DNA from: an uncultured delta proteobacterium
GTDB taxonomy: Bacteria; Desulfobacterota; Binatia; UBA9968
Reading direction: 5' to 3'
Assembly (NCBI GenBank): GCA_963755715.1
Contig: CAVWLW010000050.1
Span: 32,001 to 96,000, forward strand
Length of the DNA: 64,000 nucleotides
The notes below the pieces were generated by a model, which saw nothing but the letters and a program-made list of their open reading frames with translations, did not search any database and had not been told where the DNA came from. A program made the position numbers and the translations under genes. This document shows positions 43,972 to 53,970 of this stretch, piece after piece (position 1 is the first letter of the stretch; the number at the start of each line of letters is the position of its first letter).

Positions 43972-45081
43972 CTACGTCTTCGGCAAAACTTTCACCAGCT
44001 TTCTTTTGAGGTCATCCGGCATGGCGAGATAATCAATGATAAGTTTTTGGAGTTCTCTAGCACTCGAAGGATTGATGTCCAGCTTCGCCTTTTCGGCTTC
44101 GGCTAGGAACTCCGAATCTGCCAATGTTTTCGTGAAAGCATCCCTCAAGGCCGCCACACGGTCGGCGTGCACCCCGGGTGGCAGAAAGTAGGGCCTCGTA
44201 AACTGGTTAGGGACGATGATCCCAGCACGAAGCAAGTCGCGCTGCTCCTGAGTCTTTGCGTAGTTCAAGATCAACGGGACGTTCTGTTGCGGTAGATTCA
44301 GGAGCGGTTTGTCGGTCAGTTGGCCAATGAGTAACCACTCTCCGCTCTCGATTTTCGCTAGCGTCCGTGTCTTGATCGAGGCCCAGTCGTTGTACTGGCC
44401 GCCTAGCTCCCCTTGATCCATCGCCACATCCACCCCGCCTGCGGCCGTGTACCCGGACACTACCTTGATGTTGGCGTTCAGGACATCCCGAGTCAGCAAT
44501 GCTGCCGTATGATTCGTAGTGGCTGCGCCCGAATCTCCGATACTCAGCACTTTGCCGCTCGGCTCCAGCAACTGCTCGAATCTGGAGATCCCCGAGGTCT
44601 TAGTCATTAACAGCAATGAATTTTCGTTGTTTGGAGCGCCGACGTATTGGAACTTGCTGGCATCGAACTCGACTCCCTGAAGGCCCAGCAGCTGAGATCT
44701 CACGATTCCGCCAATGACATTACCAATTACGGTGCCGTCCTTGGGTGCCCGGTTGTAAATGTGGCTCGCGGCAACCAGGCCGCCAGCGCCAAGCATGTTT
44801 ACTACGATGATGCTCGGCTTGCCGGGTATGTGTTTACCTAGATGGCGCCCGATGGTTCGCGTATAAATGTCAAATCCACCCCCCGCACCGTGACCGACAA
44901 CAATTTGAATTGCCTTTCCTCTGTAGAAGTCGGCAACTGCGCTCTCATTGAAAGCCACCGGCTTCTCAATGGCAGACTTGGCAGGCTCAGGCGTCGAGGT
45001 GGCTGCGCCTGCCCAGGCCGCAAGGATAGATAGAAATACGATTATTCCACACAAGCGGGTAGTCATCAGATCCTTCTTCAT
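43972..45081 (-). CDS. Tripartite tricarboxylate transporter substrate-binding protein (Bug/TctC-like)
   Basis: VGHGAGGGFD, NMLGAGG, APKDGTVI, RPYFLPPGV. Confidence 0.88.
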   Translation of the reverse strand: MKKDLMTTRLCGIIVFLSILAAWAGAATSTPEPAKSAIEKPVAFNESAVADFYRGKAIQIVVGHGAGGGFDIYTRTIGRHLGKHIPGKPSIIVVNMLGAGGLVAASHIYNRAPKDGTVIGNVIGGIVRSQLLGLQGVEFDASKFQYVGAPNNENSLLLMTKTSGISRFEQLLEPSGKVLSIGDSGAATTNHTAALLTRDVLNANIKVVSGYTAAGGVDVAMDQGELGGQYNDWASIKTRTLAKIESGEWLLIGQLTDKPLLNLPQQNVPLILNYAKTQEQRDLLRAGIIVPNQFTRPYFLPPGVHADRVAALRDAFTKTLADSEFLAEAEKAKLDINPSSARELQKLIIDYLAMPDDLKRKLVKVLPKT

Positions 45082-45331
45082 ACCGCTTCTCCTCCAAGTT
45101 GATTGGACAATGATGAAAATCGCGTATTCAAATTAATATTGCGAGCCAAAGATCGCCCGCAGCCCCGCGGATATTTGTTGGGTTTGGCTCACGTCAAAAT
45201 CGGCAGCGCCTTTGCAATTGCCACAATGGAAATCACTCCGCCAAAAGGCTCTGCAACTATCTCGTTTGTAATCACGAGCCGGACAGAGATTCAGAATGCG
45301 TGCCTAGCTACCTGAGTAGCAACGGTGGCTA

Positions 45332-46276
45332 CTATCTTGGCCAAGCCAGCTGAACCTCCTCGCTCGAACTGATTCGTGCGAAATGGGTTGCCATATTTTT
45401 GAGGGAGTAACGTTGAAGTTCCAAATCGTAGGCACCGACGCAGTCCTCCAACACTACTGCGTAGTACCCGCGCGCGAAAGCGTCTCGCACGCTGCCCTCC
45501 ACGCAGCCATTGGTGGCGGCGCCAGTGAACAGTAATGTCTTTGCGCCCAGGCTTCGAAGCGTGGCGTCTAACTTAGGGTTAGTGAAGCCGCTATGGTGCC
45601 ATTTCGGAATCGACACTTCCCCGGGACGTGGGGCGACAAAATCGCAGATCTCCCACCCCCAGGTTCCCGGGATAGTGTACTTAGCCCCGCCGAGCCCAAC
45701 CCGCTGGCGGCGCGACAGGATCGGTCCATTGTCGTGTTCCGTATCGGTCTGAGTCTGGGTATAGACGACGGGCACTCCAATCGATCTCGCGGCCTCCACC
45801 ATTCGTTGCGTCGGCTTTTTCATTGCCTCGATTGTAGTCAGGTCCCCCTTCATCCTGGCCCCATTCGGAGCGCAGAAGTCATTCTGCACGTCGATGACTA
45901 GAAGCGCCGTGTGATTCGGCCGCACCACGTCCACTAGCTCGGTCCAGACTTCCTTAATTTGAGGCTCCCACGGCTCGACTTCTGGATCGAACTCGTAATC
46001 GGCTATAACCCGTTTCTCAAAAATCGGGCGGCCAAGCTCCGTTGACACTTGCTGGTGAAGGGGGTGATCCACGTAGCGTTTCAACGTTTCCATGTTCTCG
46101 ACCACAGCGACCATGGCATGAGCGAACTCGCCGTCGGCACGCAGGTTTGGACCCATCGACCAGCTCATCAATTCCGGTATTACGCCTTTCATGGAGTTGT
46201 AGCCTGCGACCATGGCGTCAAACTGTTCCTGAGAGGTGCCGGTCTTGACATTGAAAAGGACCACATGCTTGATCAT
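45332..46276 (-). CDS. Dabb (stress-responsive A/B barrel) - isochorismatase/cysteine hydrolase fusion
   Basis: MIKHVVLF..YVDHPLH..ADYE, then VIDVQNDF, IPKWHHSGF, GAATNGCVE (Asp-Lys-Cys triad). Confidence 0.88.
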   Translation of the reverse strand: MIKHVVLFNVKTGTSQEQFDAMVAGYNSMKGVIPELMSWSMGPNLRADGEFAHAMVAVVENMETLKRYVDHPLHQQVSTELGRPIFEKRVIADYEFDPEVEPWEPQIKEVWTELVDVVRPNHTALLVIDVQNDFCAPNGARMKGDLTTIEAMKKPTQRMVEAARSIGVPVVYTQTQTDTEHDNGPILSRRQRVGLGGAKYTIPGTWGWEICDFVAPRPGEVSIPKWHHSGFTNPKLDATLRSLGAKTLLFTGAATNGCVEGSVRDAFARGYYAVVLEDCVGAYDLELQRYSLKNMATHFARISSSEEVQLAWPR

Positions 46277-46468
46277 CGTTTCCTCCTATTGATGTTTTAC
46301 CGTTAAGGTCGAAGCTGGAGCACACGTTACGTGCTCTCGTAATTTTCGGCTTTCGTTAAGCAGCCTATTACTCAGCGATTCGGGCTCATCGCAATGATAT
46401 GACTCGGGAACTCAAGTGTCTAATGTAGTGGGGTAAAAGATTTCGTCACGTTACTTAAATGAATAATG

Positions 46469-46711
46469 TCAGTCGGTAATAATGCTTCTGCCACCGTCAG
46501 AAAACAGTCGCCGAATTCTCGCGTTACCAATAATCGGAGTGCCTCCGTAGCGGTCGATATTCTTGAAATTTTCCGTTCCTCGGTCATAGTGTGGAGCAAA
46601 GCCCCATGCCCCGTCTATTTGACCTTCATTCAACATCACGTCGAGTGTTTGGCTCTCGTCCAGCCAGTGCAGGGAAATACCCGGAGGAGGATCTTTATCC
46701 AAACCCAGCAA
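46469..46711 (-). pseudogene. Fragment resembling a 4,5-dihydroxyphthalate decarboxylase-like binding protein
   Basis: PPPGISL..QTLDVMLNEGQIDGA..IRRLF internal segment only. Confidence 0.45.
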
Positions 46712-46888
46712 AACACCATGGCTAACTTCTTTGCAATTGAATCGCTTTGGTCACGGAGTTGTTCATTTCAATAATCGAAACAGTATTTCGATAATTAAAA
46801 ATGGCGATATAACAGCGGAGGTAGGCTGTCAAGGTTTTTTGTTGACAAATCTCGTGGTCGGGAGTTATGGCAGCTGAGGAAATAAAAC

Positions 46889-47395
46889 ATGAAGCAAGTC
46901 TATGCCGAGATCGTTCACGACGCCCTCAAAGAATCGGGCATCAACTTCGTCGCCTACCTGCCGGATGACCAGATTCACGACGCGCAAAAATTGCTTACCG
47001 AGGATCCGAGCTTCATCACCGTCGGCGCGACCAACGAGGCGGAAGCCGTTTCGGCATGCGCCGGCGCCTGGCTCGGGGGCGCCAAGCCGGCCTTGCTGAT
47101 TGCCGATTCGGGATTTCTCGTGGCGACTTGGCCGTTAGCTTCGTTGGGAGTTTCTTACGGCATCCCTATGTTGATTCTGATTGCCCATCGCGGCGAAGTT
47201 GGTGATCGGGCCAATTGGCGCTTTATCACGTACAAGTTCACCACCGAACCGATCCTTCAGGCGCTGCAGATTCCCTACGTGCGCGCCAGCCGTCCCGAAG
47301 AAACTAAAGAAGTCATCATGGGTGCAAAGCTCTCGACTTTTCTCTGGCAGCATCCGGTGGCGGTTTTGCTTTCAGGCGAAGTGCTGCGCGACTGA
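46889..47395 (+). CDS. Sulfopyruvate/phosphonopyruvate decarboxylase alpha subunit (ComD-like)
   Basis: VAYLPD, NEAEAVSACAGAWLGG, SG, AHRG, HPVAVLL. Confidence 0.8.
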   Translation: MKQVYAEIVHDALKESGINFVAYLPDDQIHDAQKLLTEDPSFITVGATNEAEAVSACAGAWLGGAKPALLIADSGFLVATWPLASLGVSYGIPMLILIAHRGEVGDRANWRFITYKFTTEPILQALQIPYVRASRPEETKEVIMGAKLSTFLWQHPVAVLLSGEVLRD

Positions 47396-47404
47396 GGAGA
47401 AACG

Positions 47405-47999
47405 ATGAAACGACTAGAGTGCCTAAGCCTGTTGGGGCCGCTTATCAAAGACGATGATCTAGTCGTCACGACTCTGGGGTGGGTGGCGGGAGAATGGTTC
47501 GCTGTGCGCCACAAAGAGTCGAACCTTTACCAGGTCAATATGGGCATGTGCACCCCCCTTTGCTTGGGTCTCGCGTTGGTGTTGCCACATCGTCGTGTCG
47601 TCGCGATCGAATCCGACGGCAGCGTGCTTCTGAATTTAGGCGCCATGACCACTCTGGCAAACAAACGGCCGCCCAATCTCACGGTGATCGTCTTTGACAA
47701 TCAGTGCTACATGGCGACTGGGTGGACTGCCCACGGCAACCGCTGGCGTCACCGATTTGGCCGCCATGGCCAACGGAGCCGGCATCGAGAACTCTTATTC
47801 GGTCAGCTCGCTCAATGAGTTTGAGCGGGAAGCCCGCGCCGCAGTGCAGCGGAAAGGGCTATCCTATATCGTCGCCAAAGTGGAAGCGGCGGGACAAAGA
47901 ATGAGCACCGACATGGACGGCAAAGAAGGCAAGTACCGCTTCGTGCGTTACATTGAAAGAACGGAAGGGATTAAAATCATCGGCACCGCGGCAAAATAG
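47405..47999 (+). CDS. Decarboxylase beta subunit (ComE-like), TPP-binding (frameshift near 47720)
   Basis: MG..LGLAL, SDGSVLLNLG, VFDN, then GLPTAT..DLAAMANGAGI. Confidence 0.8.
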
Positions 48000-48324
48000 C
48001 CATGCTCACGGTCCGCCGAGCGATCATCGCTTGCTCATAACGGCCCACTATGGAGCGAACGAGCCGTCAAGCAAGGTACGGTAATCCGCGAGCTTCGCAG
48101 CATAAGTTTTTCGTACGGCAATCAGAACAAAGCAACAGTCCTTGGAGGAGCGCGCGGTAAAGTTTACCGCTCCACGATGCGCTGTAATATTTCGCCAGTT
48201 AAATTGCGGCTCAGCCGTTTTCTAGCTTGCTTGCAAGTGCCAATCCTACCGCGCTCAACGATATAGGCGATCTGAACAAATTAGCTAAATTGGCTATAAT
48301 ATCCTGCAGGAGGGAGGCCATCCG

Positions 48325-48675
48325 ATGTCCATGCTTACTTTCAGGAATCGCCAGGGCGCTCTAGTCGACATTCCGACCGTCAAGGCAACCCAGGTCAAAA
48401 ACGAGTTCGGCTCGATCCTGGAAAAGGCCACGCGCAGCGGCGCGGTAGCGATTACTCGACACGCCGCGCCAAAGGCCGTGCTGCTTTCTTACGAAGAATT
48501 CGAGTCGCTGGTGCAAGTACAATCGCGCACTCTCGAAAACCTCGGCGCCGAATTCGACGATCTGTTGGATCGTATGCAGACCGCTAAGGCCAAAAAGGGG
48601 ATGGAATCCGCGTTCCACGCCTCCCCTGCCAAGCTCGGACGCGCGGCCATCAGGGCCGCCCGTAAAAACCGATAA
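48325..48675 (+). CDS. Type II antitoxin, Phd/YefM family
   Basis: VKATQVKNEFGSILE..AVAITRH..KAVLLSYEEFESL; TATAAT at 48295 overlaps the near-palindrome tagctaaattggcta. Confidence 0.85.
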   Translation: MSMLTFRNRQGALVDIPTVKATQVKNEFGSILEKATRSGAVAITRHAAPKAVLLSYEEFESLVQVQSRTLENLGAEFDDLLDRMQTAKAKKGMESAFHASPAKLGRAAIRAARKNR

Positions 48676-48699
48676 GTCTACCGCCGAGTTATCCTTGGA

Positions 48700-49344
48700 A
48701 TGAGCCCGCCTCACTCGCCGCGCATCTATGTTCTCGCCGGCGTCAACGGCGCGGGCAAGAGCAGCATTGGCGGGGCGGCGTTTCGCGCTGCCGGCGCCGA
48801 CTACTACAACCCCGACGAAGCCGCGCGCACATGGATGGCCGCTAATCCGGCGCTAACTCAAGCGGACGCCAATAGCGCCGCATGGCGCAAGGGCGTGGAA
48901 CTGTTGACGCGGGCTATTGGGGAGCGCAAAAACTTCGCTTTCGAAACCACGCTTGGCGCCAACACGATCCCGCGTCTGCTCATGGAGGCCGCCTTACAAG
49001 GTATCGAACTTTACGTGTGGTACGTGGGCCTTTTCAGCCCCGAGCTTCATATCGAGCGCGTACGAGCGCGAGTCCGACGGGGCGGCCACGACATCGCCGC
49101 CGAGCATATCCGCCGGCGCTATGAACATAGCCGCCTAAACCTCGTCGATCTCTTGCCACGGATCACAGCCTTGCGCGTTTACGACAACAGCGCAGACGCA
49201 GATCCCGCCGCCGGCAAGATCCCCAAACCCAAGCTGGTGTTGCACATGGAAAATGGAAAGATTCTCAATCGCCGCAATCTCAGGAGCACGCCAAACTGGG
49301 CGAAACCCATCGTCGCCGCCGCGCTAAAGCTCACGGCGAGCTGA
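48700..49344 (+). CDS. Zeta toxin-like P-loop kinase
   Basis: LAGVNGAGKSS, NPD, FAFETTL, RVRARVRRGGHDI, VYDNS. Confidence 0.85.
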   Translation: MSPPHSPRIYVLAGVNGAGKSSIGGAAFRAAGADYYNPDEAARTWMAANPALTQADANSAAWRKGVELLTRAIGERKNFAFETTLGANTIPRLLMEAALQGIELYVWYVGLFSPELHIERVRARVRRGGHDIAAEHIRRRYEHSRLNLVDLLPRITALRVYDNSADADPAAGKIPKPKLVLHMENGKILNRRNLRSTPNWAKPIVAAALKLTAS

Positions 49345-49526
49345 GAAAACTAACGCGCCTATTGAAGATGACTGAGGAAAAACGACCGGCCGCCATGGGG
49401 TGATCAACAATGTCATTGATGCGGTGGCAGCGCTAACGCGCTCAACCCCCAAACTTGTGCGCAAGTTCAACAAGATGAAAGGGAGAAAAAAATTAAGGGG
49501 TCAGCCTGTCCCCTTTTCTCGTCTCC

Positions 49527-49880
49527 CTACGAAAGCGCTCTCTGAAGATTCGACCGCAACTCATCAAGCGAAAGCGGTTTGCTCAGGCAGGGAATACCGT
49601 ATCCCCAAATTGGCCTAAGATCCTCGGAAGGATAAGCCGTCATCGTGATGATAGGAATGGTGGGCAACCTGGAAAGTATATGTAACGTAAGAGTCACACC
49701 GTCGAGCCGGGGCATGCGAATGTCGGTAAGCACAAGGTCAAATTGTTGATTGTCTAACAGCTCGATGGCCTCTGCCCCGTCGCTTGCCTCGCTGACCCGA
49801 TAACCCTCTTTGCGCAAAAAATGACTGAGAAGCTCTAGGCTGGCGGGCTCATCCTCGACGACTAAAATATTCTTTAACAT
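49527..49880 (-). CDS. Stand-alone response regulator receiver
   Basis: ILVVEDE, LTDIRMPRLDG, MTAY, KP; GGAGG RBS. Confidence 0.9.
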   Translation of the reverse strand: MLKNILVVEDEPASLELLSHFLRKEGYRVSEASDGAEAIELLDNQQFDLVLTDIRMPRLDGVTLTLHILSRLPTIPIITMTAYPSEDLRPIWGYGIPCLSKPLSLDELRSNLQRALS

Positions 49881-49959
49881 TTTGCATCCTCCATCGGCGC
49901 ACAGTCCGTAAATAGTGCCAACGCCCATACACAAGAGGGACGTCTGCCATTGAGAAGAA

Positions 49960-50805
49960 CTATGCCGCGCCCACCTTTGGACGCCACTTATCAAATCGAT
50001 GCTCGTAGCGGTCTATAACACTGGTCAGGGTCATTCCCGAGATGGCGAAGATAAGAACTCCGACGAAAACCTTGTCGGTCTGGAAGGTGGCTCCGGCGAC
50101 CGTGATCATGAAGCCGATCCCCGCTGTCGCCGCGTAGAGCTCGCCGACCATGACGCCGATAAGAGCGCGACCCACCGCCAAGCGCAAACCGGTCAAAATG
50201 AATGGCACGGTAGATGGAAGCACGACAGACCTAAAGATCTGCCAATCCGAAGCCCCAAAGCTTCTTGCAGCGGTAAGGAGATTGTGCGGTGTCGTCTTCA
50301 CTCCGTCACGAGTGTTGATCAACAAGGGAAAAAGGGCGCCAAGGAAAATGATACCGACCTTGGAGATAATGCCGATCCCCAGCCAAATAATGACGAGCGG
50401 CAAGAGAGCAATCCGTGGGGTCGCGTTCATGGCGTTAACAAATGGGTCGCAAACGTAGGCGAATCGCTTGTACCAACCGATTGCGATCCCAACAGGGACG
50501 GCGACAACAACGGAAAGCAGGTATCCCCAGAAAAATTCGATGCCACTGACGTACAAGTCGTTATAGATCTCCCCCGAAGCAAACATCTGATAAGCGGCCT
50601 TGAACACGAAAGACGGCGCGCTCATGAACATGGGGTTGATGAGTTGCAGCGTGTTGCCGCACAGCTCCCAAGTGGTCAGAAACAGGATTACGGCAGCTGT
50701 ACCCAGGATCTTCTTTTCCTGGATAAGATAAAACTTATATAGCCTTGAGGCCTCAGCCACTCTAATGTCTAATAATAACTCTTCTTGAGCCATTTGGTTG
50801 GCCAT
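49960..50805 (-). CDS. NitT/TauT-family ABC transporter permease
   Basis: PRIALLPL, AARSFGAS, VLPSTVPFILTGLR, VGEL; no ATPase gene adjacent. Confidence 0.9.
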   Translation of the reverse strand: MANQMAQEELLLDIRVAEASRLYKFYLIQEKKILGTAAVILFLTTWELCGNTLQLINPMFMSAPSFVFKAAYQMFASGEIYNDLYVSGIEFFWGYLLSVVVAVPVGIAIGWYKRFAYVCDPFVNAMNATPRIALLPLVIIWLGIGIISKVGIIFLGALFPLLINTRDGVKTTPHNLLTAARSFGASDWQIFRSVVLPSTVPFILTGLRLAVGRALIGVMVGELYAATAGIGFMITVAGATFQTDKVFVGVLIFAISGMTLTSVIDRYEHRFDKWRPKVGAA

Positions 50806-51208
50806 AGATCTACCCTCCTGGTTTTCGGGTCGGCAAAATTGCTTGTCGCCCAGCCTCGCGAACACATAGCTCGAATTTCAAAAATAACCTCGCAATTTGG
50901 CGCACCACCGATTAAACCATCCACCCTGCCGTATGCGCAGCCTCTCTCATGAGGACTCGGTAAAACGCCCGCAAGCGTTATTTCATGCGAGCCTAACCTG
51001 CGTGGTAGGAGATTGCTGTCCAATATTGGACAGGCTTGAGAATAATTATTCGTGTAGGTTTGACCGACCGCCGGGACGAGAATATCGCTGCAACGCTTGT
51101 GATACGATGATACGAGTTAGCACCGCTCTTCTCGAATCCTGTGCAGGAGAGAGTGAAGCAGAAATCAGAAGCTTAACGTTAGGAGGGAGAAATTATGGGG
51201 TCCGACTT

Positions 51209-51397
51209 CTACGACTCAACTATCTCGTTCAGCCGCTCGATCTCCCGTCTGGCCGTATCATTTGCTTGCACCCGATCGCTCAGCCGTGCGCAGCAAGGTC
51301 GCGAGTGTCGCCATGTCTCTGCCAAAATAGGCCGCCACATCGCTTAACCGGTAGCCAAGTCTCCGAACCAATACGTACGCCGCTATCGTGCGCGCCT
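51209..51397 (-). mobile_element. RAYT-type transposase C-terminal HTH remnant
   Basis: Manual translation ARTIAAYVLVRRLGYRLSDVAAYFGRDMAT (DnaA-C-like HTH seen on RAYT transposases); broken by a stop and a frameshift. Confidence 0.55.
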
Positions 51398-51517
51398 AAA
51401 CGCGAGACCGAGTTTCCGCGACGGAGCGAATCGCAACATTAGTGGGCGATTGAAACGGTTGTCCGGCGGGATTGAGATCGCTTTCAATCCGCGCGGCATT
51501 CTTGCTTCCATTTTAAA

Positions 51518-51685
51518 TTATTTTTTCGCGGCTTGCTGTTTCTCTAGCAGTTGTAAAACATTTTTCTTGGCTTCGTCGGGTTTTTTACCCGATGCGCTTG
51601 CCGCTTCTTCGAATGTCTTGTTGGTGATGTTTTTGGAATTGCCCATGTCATCATCCGGCTTTTGGCATCCACAGTTATAACACAT
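51518..51685 (-). CDS. 55-aa small protein with N-terminal CxxCxC
   Basis: MCYNCGCQKPDDDMGNSKNITNKTFEEAA..., AAGGAGG RBS; it is the 3' end of the long ORF 51518..52252. Confidence 0.75.
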   Translation of the reverse strand: MCYNCGCQKPDDDMGNSKNITNKTFEEAASASGKKPDEAKKNVLQLLEKQQAAKK

Positions 51686-52494
51686 AGATTGCTTCCTCCT
51701 TGTCGTGGAAGGGGCAAGCATTGTGCCACCACTAAGGAACCTCTGTGGGAGGACAAAACTGAGGAAAATCATATACTGGCGCGGTGATGGAAGATGAATT
51801 TGTCGGCTTTCACATAAAGTTTGTAAGTATATTGCCGCCGATTCTGGCGGGACAGCAATGCACCCAACCGCGCGCGACCAGGCGCAGCTCTGCTGACGGC
51901 AATCCGAATCCCAAGAAGCTGCTTGCTCCGACCCAGGAAGATTTCTCAGTTCAGATTTGAAGATGCGGTTTTTTAGTACGCCACCGACAAATGAAGTCGG
52001 CGTTGTAGCGAACGGGACGAAAGTCGCCCGCCGCTGATAGTCACCGCCACGAGGTGGGGATTCAGAACGAGCGGATGATCGACCCGACGATGGTGAGGCT
52101 GCCGAACCATTCAACGGTTTAACGAATCGATTCTTACTGTTGCCTGGCGCCTCACGCCCCTTCGAGGATGCAGGTGACGAGGGCGGCATTTCAGACTGGG
52201 TGAGCCTGAATAAACAGGTCACTGACACAAAAAGCCACACCCTCGTCACCAACTCTTATATTCGTTTCTCTCCGCTCCCGCTAGCTGCTAAATTCCAATG
52301 GTAGACCCCATAGCTTTCCCCCAATCGTTTTTTAATCAACGCGGAGCCGCTAGTTCGTTCGGGTTGGCGTCGAACGCCTTTTACGAACCGCACAGACCTT
52401 ACAATCTGCACAATCTGTGTGCGTCTGCTTGACAGCTTTCGCTGTGATCGATTATTCCCGAAGCTCAGGAGATTGTACTGGAGGGAGGGCAGGC

Positions 52495-53478
52495 ATGCTG
52501 GCTCGAATTGAGTATTTTTTCTTTGTGCTGTTCGTTCTTCTCGCCTTCACGGCCGACGCGCGGAGCCAAAGCATCGTCGCTTCGGACAGGGTCGTCGTCA
52601 GTTATCCGAGCAAGTCCATCACCAGTTTTCCGATCCTCGAAACGGCGCAGCGCCGCGGTTTCTTTCGCAGAGAGAATCTTGACGTGAGCGCTGTCTATAT
52701 GCGCGGCGGCATCGATATCAAAGCCGTCCTTACCGGCGACGCCGATTTCGGCACCGGGTCGACCACTGCCGTCACCGCATTCGTCGCCGGCGCGCCGCTG
52801 CGTGTCGTTATGAGCCTCAACTCCTACGTCGATCAGGCGCTCTATGCTCAACCGAAGTACCGCACTCTGGCCGAGCTCAAAGGCCAATCCATCGGCTCGC
52901 TCAATCCCGGCGGGCTGGTCGATACGTTGCTGCGAAAAGTCATCGTTCAAAACGGGCTATCGCCCGAACGCGATTTTATTCTGCTCAATATGGGCGGCAC
53001 GCCGGAACGATACGCCGCGTTGAAGGCGGGCACCCTGGCCGCCTCGATGCTGAGCGCGCCGCACAGTTTGCACGCGGAGAAAGAAGGATTCACCAAGATC
53101 GCCGCGACCCGCGACTATGTGGACGTCCCTGGCACCGCGCTGGTCGCGCATGTTGACAAAATCAAAAAACAACCGGAGATGATCAAGCGATTTTTGCGCG
53201 CCACGTTGCGCTCGATGAGTTACATCCGCGAAAATCGCGCCGATACGATGCAGATGATTGCCCGCGAATTCGCCATGGCCCCTGACATCGCCGCCCTGGC
53301 TTACGATAAGCTCGTCGAGTTACTGAGCGTGAACGGCAAGATTCGCGTCGACGGATATCAACTGCTGCTCGACTTCGCCCGCGCGGCGCAAAAAATCGAG
53401 CGGCCGATCAACGCCGCCCAGCTCGTCGACGACAGGCTGCTCGATGAAGTGGTCCGTGAAACCGGCATCAAGCGTTAG
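52495..53478 (+). CDS. ABC transporter substrate-binding protein (SsuA/THI5-like)
   Basis: Signal peptide, QRRGFFRRENL, ELKGQSIGS, PEMIKRFLRA; GGAGG RBS. Confidence 0.88.
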   Translation: MLARIEYFFFVLFVLLAFTADARSQSIVASDRVVVSYPSKSITSFPILETAQRRGFFRRENLDVSAVYMRGGIDIKAVLTGDADFGTGSTTAVTAFVAGAPLRVVMSLNSYVDQALYAQPKYRTLAELKGQSIGSLNPGGLVDTLLRKVIVQNGLSPERDFILLNMGGTPERYAALKAGTLAASMLSAPHSLHAEKEGFTKIAATRDYVDVPGTALVAHVDKIKKQPEMIKRFLRATLRSMSYIRENRADTMQMIAREFAMAPDIAALAYDKLVELLSVNGKIRVDGYQLLLDFARAAQKIERPINAAQLVDDRLLDEVVRETGIKR

Positions 53479-53538
53479 GCAGGTCCATACTCTCTCTAAC
53501 CGCCGCCTATGGCGGCGAAGATCGCGTACATCATTCTT

Positions 53539-53620
53539 TCACAGTATGTAATCGAGCACGCACAGACCAAAGCGTTTCTTCGCCTCGAAAATCCAATGCC
53601 GGGAATAGCGGCGGTCATGC
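53539..53620 (-). mobile_element. RAYT (IS200/IS605-like Y1) transposase fragment
   Basis: DRRYSRHWIFEAKKRFGLCVLDY, matching the fragment at 55125-55290. Confidence 0.6.
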
Positions 53621-53970
53621 ACCAACGTTAAGAATTTCTGAACCTTGAATCTTCGAGAGAAGTCCGAACTGAACGTTTTGAACGCTCCGGCGTCTTTTAC
53701 CTTGAACTTATGAACGCCCGCACTCTGGGGCTTGTATCGAAGATGCCTTGGTCCGAACTGGACAAGTTCGCCGAGAACTGCTGAATCGAAGTGAGAAGCT
53801 GCTTTGGTCCGACCGGAGTTCTTGAAGTGACGCAAGCGTTGTCGTTCAGGTCGAACTCACCAGAAGGCTTAAGCCTCGAGAGTTCCTTGAGCTAGTCGTA
53901 GCTTCTGGATCCAGATGCGGGTAACTGTACGTACTAGTCGACTCTTAAGACAGTTGCTATTGCCCCGCAC

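Noticed and set aside
51686-52252. 244-aa minus-strand ORF
   Set aside because: Only the last 55 codons have an RBS and protein-like composition.
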